DNA of 64,000 nucleotides, taken from the NCBI GenBank assembly GCA_902606965.1, contig CACLIK010000001.1, positions 10,992 through 74,991 on the forward strand, in the 5' to 3' direction. The translations under genes were made by a program, and so were the position numbers. This DNA is from an uncultured marine group I thaumarchaeote (GTDB lineage Archaea > Thermoproteota > Nitrososphaeria > Nitrososphaerales > Nitrosopumilaceae). Under the pieces are notes generated by a model that was not told where the DNA came from, searched no databases, and saw only the letters and a program-made list of their open reading frames with translations. Below are positions 46,658-57,547 of the stretch, one piece after another; within the stretch, counting starts at the first letter, position 1, and each line of letters opens with the position of its first letter.

Positions 46658-48439
46658 ATGCGCATTCGACAACCAATTGTATCCGTTCTAGGACACGTTG
46701 ATTCTGGGAAAACATCATTACTCGACAAAGTTCGTGGAACTGGTGTACAGGAAAGAGAAGCTGGTGGAATAACTCAACATATAGGTGCCAGTTTTTTACC
46801 GGTAGAAACTATACAGAAAATTTGTGGACCATTATATGAAAAACTAAGTAAAGTTGAACATAAAATTCCAGGTATCTTAGTAATTGATACGCCTGGACAT
46901 GAAATCTTTACAAATCTACGTTCACGTGGAGGTTCCGCTGCAGATATCGCGATTTTAGTGGTTGATGCGAATAGAGGTTTTCAGCCTCAAACAAATGAAA
47001 GTTTAAAAATTTTAGAAAGCCGTAAGGTGCCCTTTGTTGTAGCACTAAATAAAACCGATATGGTTTCTGGTTGGAAGGATACAGAAACGCAGTTTATTTC
47101 ATCATCTATCGAGAAACAAAATCCCGAAGTGCAAGCATTTTTGGATGAAAAAATCTATGATGTAGTTACAGCCCTTTCTGTTTTGGGATATCAATCAGAG
47201 GCATTTTACAGAATTAATGACTACAAAAAGGAAATAGCTATCGTGCCTGTTAGTGCAAAAACTGGGGTTGGTATACCCGAACTATTTGCTGTTTTAGTTG
47301 GATTAACACAGCAATACCTGAAAGATAAATTAAATCAGGAAGAAAAATCTAATCGTGGAATTATATTAGAAGTCAATGATGAAGTTGGTTTAGGTCCTAC
47401 AGCAAATGTGATTTTAATAGATGGCGAGATGAAAAAGGATGATTCTGTAATAGTAGCAAAAAGAGATGCCGTAGTTGTTACGAAACCCAAAGCACTACTA
47501 TTGCCTAAGGCACTAGATGAAATGAGAGACCCACGAGATAAATTCAAACCTGTTGAACACATACAAGCAGCTGCTGGTGTAAAAATAGCATCACCAGACC
47601 TGGAGGGTGTCTTACCTGGCAGTACACTTTATGCAACGAACAATAATTCCGATGTAGAAAATTTTAAAAAATTAATTCAAGATGAAATGCAATCTGTTTT
47701 TATTAATACTGAAACAAACGGTGTAATTCTAAAATGTGATGCTATTGGTTCGCTTGAAGCTCTGACAGAAATGCTACGCAGGCAACAAATCCCTATTTCA
47801 AAGGCAGACATAGGACCAGTAACCCGTCGTGATGTTCTAGAAGCTATGGCACTAAAAGAAAATGATAGACATCTTGGTGTAATACTAGCTTTTAATGTGA
47901 AAGTTTTACAAGATGCTGAGACTGAAGCCGAAGATCACCACATTAGAATTTTCAATGATAAGATAATCTATAGTTTAATCGATACATACACACAGTGGGT
48001 AGAGGATGATAAAGTGGATGAAGAGAAATCCATTTTGGCGGAATTAACTCCAATTTCCAAGTTTACTTTTCTGAAGGGTTTTATTTTTAGAAATAACAAT
48101 CCTGCAGTATTTGGTATTAGAGTAGATATAGGAAACCTGCGACAGAAAGTTCCTTTCATGAACAAAGATGGGAAAAAAATAGGTGTAATACATCAATTGC
48201 AGCAAGATGGCAAGACTGTCACGTCTGTTAAAGTTGGACAAGAGGTAGCATGCTCCGTGCAGAACATAACAATAGGAAGACAGATAGTTGAAGAAGATGT
48301 ATTCTACACACTTCCTTCCTCTTCTGATGCAAAAAAATTACTAAATAGATTTGCTCAGAAGTTAAGCTCCGAGGAAAGAAATACACTAAATGAGATTGTA
48401 GAGATTCAGCGAAAACGAGATCCAGCTTACGGATACTGA
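46658..48439 (+). CDS. infB: Translation initiation factor aIF5B (IF-2)
   Basis: RQPIVSVLGHVDSGKT, EAGGITQHIGA, DTPGHE, NKTD. Confidence 0.97.
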   Translation: MRIRQPIVSVLGHVDSGKTSLLDKVRGTGVQEREAGGITQHIGASFLPVETIQKICGPLYEKLSKVEHKIPGILVIDTPGHEIFTNLRSRGGSAADIAILVVDANRGFQPQTNESLKILESRKVPFVVALNKTDMVSGWKDTETQFISSSIEKQNPEVQAFLDEKIYDVVTALSVLGYQSEAFYRINDYKKEIAIVPVSAKTGVGIPELFAVLVGLTQQYLKDKLNQEEKSNRGIILEVNDEVGLGPTANVILIDGEMKKDDSVIVAKRDAVVVTKPKALLLPKALDEMRDPRDKFKPVEHIQAAAGVKIASPDLEGVLPGSTLYATNNNSDVENFKKLIQDEMQSVFINTETNGVILKCDAIGSLEALTEMLRRQQIPISKADIGPVTRRDVLEAMALKENDRHLGVILAFNVKVLQDAETEAEDHHIRIFNDKIIYSLIDTYTQWVEDDKVDEEKSILAELTPISKFTFLKGFIFRNNNPAVFGIRVDIGNLRQKVPFMNKDGKKIGVIHQLQQDGKTVTSVKVGQEVACSVQNITIGRQIVEEDVFYTLPSSSDAKKLLNRFAQKLSSEERNTLNEIVEIQRKRDPAYGY

Positions 48440-48445
48440 ATTATT

Positions 48446-48862
48446 TTACAGATCTAAGAGATATCGCATTGTTACCTCATCATTTTCTTTTATTTCCATT
48501 AAATGAAACGTAGGAGATTTGATTTCTACTTTGAAATTATGTTTTTCTAGATCCAATTTCTCACCAGAAACAGTTGAAATGATTTCATATTCAGTATTTT
48601 TTTTGATATTAACAGAGAAATTGCTTATTGCAAAGCCGTCAGTTATTGTTATAGTCACAATCTCCTCTAGCCAATTATATAATAAATTTTGAAGGTTTCT
48701 GCCCTTAACTTTGATATTCTTTTTTTCTATTTCCTGAATATTTCTTAAATCAATTATAGTTTCAACAACTGATTTGCCAGCAACGGAAAATGCTTCTTCT
48801 AAATTTTTTGCCTTGACTTCTATAAATGCGTCAGTTGAATGTTCAAGATATTTGTAGCTCAT
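48446..48862 (-). CDS. Archease
   Basis: YKYLEHSTD, EIKSPTFH, C-terminal LDL; start trimmed to ATG 48862. Confidence 0.92.
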   Translation of the reverse strand: MSYKYLEHSTDAFIEVKAKNLEEAFSVAGKSVVETIIDLRNIQEIEKKNIKVKGRNLQNLLYNWLEEIVTITITDGFAISNFSVNIKKNTEYEIISTVSGEKLDLEKHNFKVEIKSPTFHLMEIKENDEVTMRYLLDL

Positions 48863-48942
48863 ACTTTTTTTATGAATTTCTGCTATTAATGAGTTAAAGT
48901 AAACAGCAAGTCTTAAAGGCACTTTTCACGATTTTTTTTTGA

Positions 48943-50217
48943 ATGGAACTACCACGTGGAATGAAGGATTTTGATACAGATGAGATGATAAAAATTGATT
49001 TCATTCGTCAAAAATTTTTGGAGACAGCAAAGGTATTTGGATTTCATTTAATGGAACCTTCGCCCATTGAACTTTTATCGGTATTAGAAGCAAAGAGTGG
49101 ACCTGCCATTCGTGATGAGATATACCAATTCAAAGATAAGGGTGACAGAGAAGTAGCACTGAGATTCGATTTTACTGTAGGTCTAACAAGGTATGTTGCA
49201 TCACAAAAAAATCTAAAATTGCCTGCAAAACTTTCTTCGTTTGGGGGGGTATGGCGATATGATGAACCACAAAAAGGTAGATATCGATTTTTTCATCAAT
49301 GGAACATTGAAACGTTTGGTAATCTAAATGTGGAACATGATGCAGAACTTATAGAATTCACATCCAGATTTTTTGATAATCTCAAACTACAAAATATCAG
49401 TATTGATATCAATCATAGAAAACTAGTTGAATCTTATATCAACCATGTTTTTGAATCAAATGACATAACTCTACTTCATGATATTTTCAGAGCTGTAGAT
49501 AAGATTCAAAAAAAATCGAAAGATGAAATACTGCAAGAATACAAGCAAAAAGGACATTCTCCAGAAAAATTGGAAAAAATATTAGAGTTTTCAAATCTTA
49601 AGGGAACACCGTCAGAAATAGAACAAAGCTTTGATACTTCAAGTTTAGATGGTTGGAATGAATTATGTAATCTGTACGACTCACTGAAAAACAGAGGAAT
49701 TGATAACATTAGAATTAACTTTGGCATTGTAAGAGGTCTTGATTACTATTCTGGTATAGTTTTTGAAGCATTTGATACCACTTCTGACTTAGGTGCATTG
49801 GTAGGTGGTGGAAGATATGATAGTCTACCAAAGGTTCTTGGTCGTGATGATTTAGGTGCTACTGGAGTAGCAGGTGGTGTGGAAAGAATTATTCTACGTC
49901 TTGATGAACAAGGCGTTTCTTGTATTCCAACTAATGATACAATATCTATACTCTATGTAAATGACGAGTTAAAACCAGATGCGATTAATTGTGTGTCAAA
50001 ACTACGAAAACTTGGAATATCAGTAAATATCGATTTAACTGCCAAATCATTGAAGAAACAAATGGAAATTTCGTCAGGATCAAAGTTTTCCATTATTTTT
50101 GCCCCTAAGGAATTTGCTGAAAAGAATGTTGTGTTAAGAAATATGATAGATAAAACTGAAAAACAAATTTCTTTGGATGAATTGATTACAGACGCTAAAA
50201 GCGTTCTTAATTTGTAA
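48943..50217 (+). CDS. hisS: Histidyl-tRNA synthetase
   Basis: PRGMKDF, WRYDEPQKGRYR, RGLDYYSG, GGGRYD. Confidence 0.97.
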   Translation: MELPRGMKDFDTDEMIKIDFIRQKFLETAKVFGFHLMEPSPIELLSVLEAKSGPAIRDEIYQFKDKGDREVALRFDFTVGLTRYVASQKNLKLPAKLSSFGGVWRYDEPQKGRYRFFHQWNIETFGNLNVEHDAELIEFTSRFFDNLKLQNISIDINHRKLVESYINHVFESNDITLLHDIFRAVDKIQKKSKDEILQEYKQKGHSPEKLEKILEFSNLKGTPSEIEQSFDTSSLDGWNELCNLYDSLKNRGIDNIRINFGIVRGLDYYSGIVFEAFDTTSDLGALVGGGRYDSLPKVLGRDDLGATGVAGGVERIILRLDEQGVSCIPTNDTISILYVNDELKPDAINCVSKLRKLGISVNIDLTAKSLKKQMEISSGSKFSIIFAPKEFAEKNVVLRNMIDKTEKQISLDELITDAKSVLNL

Positions 50218-50872
50218 ATGCGCGTGTCAGCATCATAATCTCTGGACCACTCGTTAAGTTGCCAACCACAACAGCATTACTATTAGCCAATATACCAGAA
50301 GAAACAAATGGAATACCGCCGTTTATCGTTGCTGGTTCAACATTCACACCCAAAATATTTGAAAAATTCTTAATGTCTTCCTCATCTGCTTCAGGATGAA
50401 TAACAGCACCAAGATTGTTAGCATCCATTACAGCGCCAACTTGATCGTATCCAGCAATCCTCTTTTGTATCACTTCAATATCTAAGACGTCTTCAATTTC
50501 TTTGATGAATTCTTTTTCAACAAGAGGAGAAATGACTCCACCTTTATCGTTGACAGATATCAAATTTCCCAGAGCATTATGCTTTGTATCTAATATTTTC
50601 ACATTCAGACCAGTGGATTTTTGTAAGTTTGCGATCTCCTCCGGAGATGATGTTCTAGGTAAAAGTATTCCATGATTGTTTAGAACCATCAGAACACCAA
50701 GTAATCTAGTATTGGCTACAGGTGTCATGATATATTCAGTATGAAGGTATTTTGCTAAATTTTCAGCCTTGGTTTCAGCGAATCCATTTGGAACAAAAAC
50801 AAACTTGTCATTTACATTGGTAAAAATTCCAATGTTTGGCCCACTATAAACATCATATTTGATAATATCCAA
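50207..50872 (-). CDS. eif6: Translation initiation factor 6 (aIF6)
   Basis: NIGIF, ALGNLI..ND.G, IHP, ATINGG, ANS. Confidence 0.93.
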   Translation of the reverse strand: MDIIKYDVYSGPNIGIFTNVNDKFVFVPNGFAETKAENLAKYLHTEYIMTPVANTRLLGVLMVLNNHGILLPRTSSPEEIANLQKSTGLNVKILDTKHNALGNLISVNDKGGVISPLVEKEFIKEIEDVLDIEVIQKRIAGYDQVGAVMDANNLGAVIHPEADEEDIKNFSNILGVNVEPATINGGIPFVSSGILANSNAVVVGNLTSGPEIMMLTRAFTN

Positions 50873-50997
50873 CGATCAAAGATTCGCATGAAAAAATATG
50901 AACGTAAGGAATTAATCAAAAACAGTGTTATAATTTTAAAATAGTCAGTTAGGAATAACTAAAATTGTCTAGATTTAAATAATATTTGAAAATATGA

Positions 50998-51540
<543 letters not shown>

Positions 51541-51558
51541 AAAGCAATTTCTAACCTG

Positions 51559-51572
51559 TTTTTTCTTTTTTT
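51559..51572 (+). terminator. Oligo-T archaeal terminator after the ferredoxin gene
   Basis: TTTTTTCTTTTTTT about 19 nt after the stop codon. Confidence 0.6.
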
Positions 51573-51608
51573 AAAACAAATTTTAGTTAGTTACTACAAT
51601 CGACTTTT

Positions 51609-51692
51609 GCAGAGGTCGCTTAGCCTGGTAGAGCGCGGGCCTTGAGAGCCTGTGTGCGCAAGCACGCGGGGGTTCGAATCCCTCTCTCTGCG
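51609..51692 (+). tRNA. tRNA-Ser(TGA)
   Basis: GCAGAGG/TCTCTGC+G73, CGGGC-CTTGAGA-GCCTG, long variable arm GTGC-GCAA-GCAC. Confidence 0.95.
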
Positions 51693-51696
51693 TTTA

Positions 51697-52653
51697 TTAT
51701 TTTCCAACTTTTGCTAATTCTGCCAATAATGCAGATAACTGAATTTCAGGATTAGCACCTACTAAAACTCTGTAATCATACTTTGCAATTATTTCTAACA
51801 TTTGTTCAAGATTACTTGCTTTGGAACTAAATGCTGCTTGTGTTATATATTTTAGAAAATCTGATTCTGACATGCCGTAAACCTTGATCAATTCTATCAT
51901 TTTGTCCCGTGAATCAGAAATCTTTCCATTAAGAGCCAATTTTAGAACGTCTTGGACATCTTTTGTTTTAGTTAATCCAACAACTGATTTGACAGTGGAC
52001 TCGGTGACACTTCCTGAGCTTGCAGCTGCTTGAAGAATGTTAATCGCATGACGTAGATCGCCGTCAGTATAATCAGAGATAGTATTCAATCCTTTTTCAT
52101 CCACCTTTATCTTCTCTTTTTTGCTAATGGATTTTAATTGGGGAAGTATCTCTTTAGTTGAAATCTTAGTAAATTTGAAAACAACACATCTACTTTGAAT
52201 TGGTTCAATTATTTTTGATAAATTGTTTGCAATTAGAATAAACCTGCAAATTTTTGCAGTGTCTTCTATTATTCGTCGAAGTGCAGTTTGTGCGTCAGTT
52301 GTCATTTCATCGGCTTCATCAAGGATTATTATTTTAAACGGAATTTCAGTATCCAAGCCGGCAAATCGTGAAAATTTCTTTACTCGTTCTCTCACCATGT
52401 TAATTCCACGCTCATCAGAAGCATTCAGCTCTAATGTATAATCACGCCAATGTTCACCCAGAATCTCTCTGGAAACACAAAGTGCAGCAGTAGTCTTTCC
52501 TACACCAGCAGAACCTGAAAATAAAAGATGTGGTAATTCTGGCTGATTTTTTAACATAGAATTGATACTGCCAACGATTTCCTTCTGATTAACCAATTCA
52601 GATATCTTCTGTGGACGATATTTCTCTACCCACATAAGATTTGAGGATGGCAT
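51697..52653 (-). CDS. rfcS: Replication factor C small subunit
   Basis: WVEKYRP, GSAGVGKT, ELNASDERG, LDEAD, AQTALRR, QSRC; no intein. Confidence 0.96.
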   Translation of the reverse strand: MPSSNLMWVEKYRPQKISELVNQKEIVGSINSMLKNQPELPHLLFSGSAGVGKTTAALCVSREILGEHWRDYTLELNASDERGINMVRERVKKFSRFAGLDTEIPFKIIILDEADEMTTDAQTALRRIIEDTAKICRFILIANNLSKIIEPIQSRCVVFKFTKISTKEILPQLKSISKKEKIKVDEKGLNTISDYTDGDLRHAINILQAAASSGSVTESTVKSVVGLTKTKDVQDVLKLALNGKISDSRDKMIELIKVYGMSESDFLKYITQAAFSSKASNLEQMLEIIAKYDYRVLVGANPEIQLSALLAELAKVGK

Positions 52654-52695
52654 TAGATCTTTAACCAGCCTATCCTATTAATAAATGGCATAAAG

Positions 52696-52733
52696 GATCA
52701 AATGATCAAAGCTTTTTGTAAATTCATTTGATC
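52696..52733. promoter_or_regulatory. 10-bp perfect inverted repeat in the GATC-rich divergent promoter of rfcS and gins-mcm
   Basis: GATCAAATGA-N18-TCATTTGATC. Confidence 0.6.
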
Positions 52734-52773
52734 GATCGTATCCATTAAATGGTTCAATGGTCTTACAGATCCA

Positions 52774-53307
52774 ATGGAAATGTCTGAACTAGTACACATG
52801 CATTCGATAGGACATAATCTAACGGATGTTAAAGTCGAATTCAAGAAAGATACGACTTTGCATGTTTCAGGTGTTTCAATACAAGGAAAAATGGGTGAAA
52901 TTCTTAACGTACCTAGATGGGCTGCAGAAGTTTTAGAATCTGAAAAATATATTGAAATTCAAGATGTGGACATGCTTGTAGAATTAAAACAAGCTGTTGA
53001 AAAGGAAAAAATGTTAGGTCAATTTGATCTATCTACACTTCAAGTACAACAACAAGCTGATCCTCATTTTTACATAAAGATGAAATCATACATGAAAGGA
53101 TTGTCTGAAAAAGACTATGATAAGGTTGAAAGTATGTTAAACACTCTACTTAGAACTAGACAAACCAAAATAATTCGTCTTGCCGATACATCCAAATTAA
53201 CAGCTGAGATTTCTCAGAAATTATCTATAGAAGAGCGTGAATTCTACAATAACCTTCATGATAATAGCTCAAAGTTTTCTAAAACAATAATAGGTAACAA
53301 AAAATGA
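52774..53307 (+). CDS. GINS subunit (Gins23 type)
   Basis: N-terminal beta domain (VPRWAA), HFY, R..KI..LA, LSIEE..FY; directly upstream of mcm. Confidence 0.88.
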   Translation: MEMSELVHMHSIGHNLTDVKVEFKKDTTLHVSGVSIQGKMGEILNVPRWAAEVLESEKYIEIQDVDMLVELKQAVEKEKMLGQFDLSTLQVQQQADPHFYIKMKSYMKGLSEKDYDKVESMLNTLLRTRQTKIIRLADTSKLTAEISQKLSIEEREFYNNLHDNSSKFSKTIIGNKK

Positions 53308-55397
53308 CTGCGGAAGGAGTACATACAAAATCAGCATTAGCAGACAAAGTGAGGGAATTCTTAACACAGTTCAAAGATCCTACGGGGTCTTTTTCTTACG
53401 TTGAACAAATTGATCAAATGCCGGTTAAGCAAGTAACATACATTGTTGTAGATTTTAATGACTTAGTATCTGTTCCAGTTATTGAAGAAAAATTCAGAGA
53501 AAGTGCTGACGAAATCCTTGTTGCATTCAGAGATGCTATTTATGAAATGCTAAAGGAAAGAAACCCAGAATACGCAGAAAAAAATAAACACGATATACGT
53601 GCACGTATAGCAAATTTTCCAGATGAACGGAGTTTGCGTCAGATTAACTCGGATGTAATAACCAAAATGATAAGTGTCTCTGGTATGGTAGTAAGGGCTT
53701 CAGAAGTAAAACCTCTTGCTAAAGAAGTAACTTACAAGTGCCTTGACAAACATATTTCAACATTCACTTTGCTTGATGGAATGAGCTTGAATGCATCTGT
53801 AAAATGTCAAACTCCAAACTGTAAGCATACAAATTTAGCTATAGTACCTGAAGAAAGTAGATTCATAGATTTTCAAATAGTTAGGTTGCAGGAGTTGCCA
53901 GAAGATCTTCCACCGGGACAATTACCTCACTATGTGAATGTTAGTATGAAGCAAGACTTGGTAGATTACGCACGTCCTGGTGATAGAATTGTTTTGACAG
54001 GAATTGTCAGAATTGAACAGGAACGAATATCTGGAGTAAAACAATCTGAAAGCGCACTTTACAGACTACGAATAGATGGTGATAATATTGAATTTATTGG
54101 AGGCAAGGGAGCTAAAAGCTCAAGGCGGACAGAAAGGGAAGAAATCTCCCCAGATGAAGAAAAGATAATCAGAACTTTAGCAAAAAATGATGATGTCTAT
54201 AATAGATTGATTGGATCATTTGCACCACATATTCGTGGACATGAAATATTCAAAGAAGCAATTCTTTTGTTGATTGTAGGTTCAACACAACGAGCACTAT
54301 CTGATGGTTCAAAAGTTAGAGGAGACATCAACGTTTTTCTTGTTGGTGATCCGGGTACCGCAAAAAGTGAAATGCTAAAATTCTGTGCAAGGATTGCGCC
54401 CAGAGGACTATACACATCAGGAAGAGGATCCACTGCTGCCGGTCTTACTGCGGCAGTAGTACGTGATACTTCAGGAATTTTCATGCTAGAAGCTGGTGCT
54501 GTGGTTCTTGGTGATCAAGGTCTAGTTTGCATAGACGAATTTGATAAAATGAGACCAGAAGATAGAAGTGCACTACACGAAGTGATGGAGCAGCAATCAG
54601 CTAGTATAGCAAAAGGAGGTATAGTTGCAACCCTTAATGCCAGAACCTCAATATTGGCTGCGGCAAACCCTATGTTTGGAAAGTATGATCCATTCAAAAA
54701 TTTGACTGAGAATGTAAACCTTCCAATCCCACTACTAACAAGATTTGACTTGGTCTTTGTTGTAAGAGACATTCCTGGAGAGGAGAAAGATAGGCAGATA
54801 GCAGAACATATCATAAGTCAGCATGGAGAGTCTGGAACTGATACTACATCACTGATAGATGTAGATATTCTTACAAAATACTTGGCATATGCAAAACGAA
54901 TTGATCCTGTTCTGACAAAGGAAGCTGAAACTAAGATAATGGAATTCTATCTTAAAATGAGAAGTATTGAAGGTGAGGACAAAGAAAAAATGATTACAAT
55001 AACACCAAGACAGTTAGAAGGACTGATTAGATTATCAACTGCACGAGCAAGACTTTTGTTGAAAAATCAAGTTGATGGAGAGGATGCAGATAGAGCAATT
55101 TACTTGTTTAATCAAATGTTGGAGAACTCGGGAATAGATGTTAATACAGGAAAGGTTGACATAGGCGTACTCCAAGGTCGTCCTCGTAGTGAAGTTTCAA
55201 AATTATCTACATTTATGGAAACTCTAAGATCACTTGAAGGTGATGATAAATCTCCTGTATCAGAACAAGATTTGGTTGACGAACTCATAAAATCAGAGAA
55301 ATTTAAAGATGAAGATGAAGTTAGACGGTTTGTTCGTAAAATGCAAAATGAAGCATCTATTTATGAGTCAAAACCAGGTTATTGGAATACAGTATGA
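53304..55397 (+). CDS. mcm: MCM replicative helicase
   Basis: GDPGTAKS, GLTAAV, IDEFDKM, AAANP, TRFD, TPRQLE; no intein. Confidence 0.97.
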   Translation: MTAEGVHTKSALADKVREFLTQFKDPTGSFSYVEQIDQMPVKQVTYIVVDFNDLVSVPVIEEKFRESADEILVAFRDAIYEMLKERNPEYAEKNKHDIRARIANFPDERSLRQINSDVITKMISVSGMVVRASEVKPLAKEVTYKCLDKHISTFTLLDGMSLNASVKCQTPNCKHTNLAIVPEESRFIDFQIVRLQELPEDLPPGQLPHYVNVSMKQDLVDYARPGDRIVLTGIVRIEQERISGVKQSESALYRLRIDGDNIEFIGGKGAKSSRRTEREEISPDEEKIIRTLAKNDDVYNRLIGSFAPHIRGHEIFKEAILLLIVGSTQRALSDGSKVRGDINVFLVGDPGTAKSEMLKFCARIAPRGLYTSGRGSTAAGLTAAVVRDTSGIFMLEAGAVVLGDQGLVCIDEFDKMRPEDRSALHEVMEQQSASIAKGGIVATLNARTSILAAANPMFGKYDPFKNLTENVNLPIPLLTRFDLVFVVRDIPGEEKDRQIAEHIISQHGESGTDTTSLIDVDILTKYLAYAKRIDPVLTKEAETKIMEFYLKMRSIEGEDKEKMITITPRQLEGLIRLSTARARLLLKNQVDGEDADRAIYLFNQMLENSGIDVNTGKVDIGVLQGRPRSEVSKLSTFMETLRSLEGDDKSPVSEQDLVDELIKSEKFKDEDEVRRFVRKMQNEASIYESKPGYWNTV

Positions 55398-57547
55398 GAA
55401 TTGATGGGTTACCGCTTGACTCTAATACAATTAATTTTTTAAAATCAGAAGGCTACACAAAACTTTACCCTCCACAAAATGATGCAGTGAAGGCAGGGGT
55501 TCTTGGTGGTAAAAGTGTCATGGTTTCTGTCCCCACTGCAAGCGGTAAAACACTCATCGCAATGCTAGCAACACTATCTCATCTATCAAAAAATAAATCC
55601 AAAGTAATCTATCTTACTCCATTACGAGCACTAGCATCTGAAAAATTTGAAGAGTTTAAAAAATTAGAAAAAATTAACGGAAGCAAAATCAAAGTGGCAA
55701 TATCTACCGGTGATTTTGATTCAAAAGATAATGAGTTGGACGATGCAGATATCATAATTCTGACAAACGAAACCATGGATGCTATGATGACATTTCAAAA
55801 ATCTTGGATTTATGAAATAGGAGTGGTAGTTTCTGATGAAATCCATCTGATTGGTGATTCTGGTAGAGGACCTACACTTGAAATGATTCTGACTAGATTG
55901 AAAACTGGTTATGTAGGAAAAAAACCGCAGATAATTGCACTGAGTGCTACTATATCAAATTCTTCTGAACTTGCAGAATGGTTGGATTGTAAGCTGGTTG
56001 AAAGTGAATGGAGGCCTGTGCCATTATCTGAAGCAGTATACAGTAATCATACTATAACAAATCAAGATCGTGTTGAATCTGAAGGTAATCTTGACAAAAA
56101 AAGAGAAACAAGGCATAGAAACCCTGCAATTGGTCTAGGATTAGATATTGTAGAAGATGGAGCACAAAGTCTGATATTTACTATGACAAGAGCTAGTTCG
56201 GTTGCTGCTGCCACTGAAGCGGGAAAGTTTGTTGCAGAGAAACTGAAAAAGGATGAACTTGAGAAACTAACTAAAATTTCTAAAACAATACTTCCAAGGG
56301 AAACTGAAGATCAAACAAAGTTGGTAAAAAAGTTGGCAGATGCAGTAAAGAATGGTGCTGCGTTTCATCATGCTGGACTTGATCAAAGATGCCGTACTAT
56401 AATTGAGACTGAATTCAAAAATGGTAATATCAGATTGTTAACGGCAACTCCAACATTGGCTGCAGGTGTTAATCTACCTGCGCGTAGAGTAATAATATCT
56501 AGTGTATTCAGATTTGGTTCAGATGGTAATGCACCAATTAGCATTTTAGAGTATAAACAGATGTGTGGGCGAGCTGGTAGACCACAATATGACAATGAGG
56601 GTGAATCAATAATTGTAGCAAAAGGTTCACCAAATCAATATCTGGAACATTATGTAGATGGTATACCAGAATCTCTTGAGTCACAGATACTTGGGGAGAG
56701 CTCTTTAAGAATTCATTTACTTGGTTTAATTGCAACATCGTCAACCTTTTCTGCAATTTCTGAAGAGAAGCTCAATGAATTTTTTTCTCAAACTTTTGGT
56801 GGTTTGTCTGATAATAAGTTAGAAAGTAAAATCGCTAATCGCCTAAAAGAGTTGAAAATGTATGATATGATTACTGACGAGGGAGGTTTCAAACCTACGA
56901 AATTTGGACAAAAAGTATTTTGGTTAAGAATTGATCCAAAAACTGCATTCGATATAACTGCGTATCTTGAGGACTATGTTAAAGGAAACAAACACACATT
57001 TGGTTTCTTGCATATGATTACCAATCTTCCTGAATTCTATCCACAGTTTGGGATAACAGAAAAACTTGAAGAAAAGATGGAAGAGATACATGATAATTTT
57101 AAACATGAAAAATTATACACGGAACAGAAACTAGATCACGATTGGACAAAAAGTCTACTAATACTACACTATTGGATTGATGGTATGACATATTCTATGA
57201 TGTCTGATGAATTTAATGCTGAACCTGGCGATGTATTTCAAATACGTCAAAATACTGAACGATTGGCGTACATTATTAGGGAAATTGCTAGATTCTGGAA
57301 AAATCAAATTCTTGTTGATGAATTAGATACTCTCAGACAGCGAATTAGACATGGTGTACCAGAAAAATACCTTGATCTGGTAAAAATAAAAAATGTGGGA
57401 CGTGTACGGGCAAAAATATTGCATAAATATGGTTTTCATGATCGTGTAGATTTGAGAAAAGCATCGCTTGAGAAATTAGCAGAAATAGATAAAATTGGTA
57501 AAACTATTGCAAAAAGTATCAAATCACAGGTAGAAAAGGTAGAATAA
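55394..57547 (+). CDS. hel308: Hel308/Hjm Ski2-like helicase
   Basis: PTASGKT, DEIH, LSAT, FHHAGL, TLAAGVNLPA, QMCGRAGRP; ATGA overlap with mcm. Confidence 0.94.
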   Translation: MRIDGLPLDSNTINFLKSEGYTKLYPPQNDAVKAGVLGGKSVMVSVPTASGKTLIAMLATLSHLSKNKSKVIYLTPLRALASEKFEEFKKLEKINGSKIKVAISTGDFDSKDNELDDADIIILTNETMDAMMTFQKSWIYEIGVVVSDEIHLIGDSGRGPTLEMILTRLKTGYVGKKPQIIALSATISNSSELAEWLDCKLVESEWRPVPLSEAVYSNHTITNQDRVESEGNLDKKRETRHRNPAIGLGLDIVEDGAQSLIFTMTRASSVAAATEAGKFVAEKLKKDELEKLTKISKTILPRETEDQTKLVKKLADAVKNGAAFHHAGLDQRCRTIIETEFKNGNIRLLTATPTLAAGVNLPARRVIISSVFRFGSDGNAPISILEYKQMCGRAGRPQYDNEGESIIVAKGSPNQYLEHYVDGIPESLESQILGESSLRIHLLGLIATSSTFSAISEEKLNEFFSQTFGGLSDNKLESKIANRLKELKMYDMITDEGGFKPTKFGQKVFWLRIDPKTAFDITAYLEDYVKGNKHTFGFLHMITNLPEFYPQFGITEKLEEKMEEIHDNFKHEKLYTEQKLDHDWTKSLLILHYWIDGMTYSMMSDEFNAEPGDVFQIRQNTERLAYIIREIARFWKNQILVDELDTLRQRIRHGVPEKYLDLVKIKNVGRVRAKILHKYGFHDRVDLRKASLEKLAEIDKIGKTIAKSIKSQVEKVE

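Noticed and set aside
51697-55397. Inteins in RFC-S or MCM; unusual CxxxH..CxxxxC MCM zinc site
   Set aside because: Protein lengths are normal with contiguous motifs; a His-for-Cys zinc ligand is a minor known type of variation
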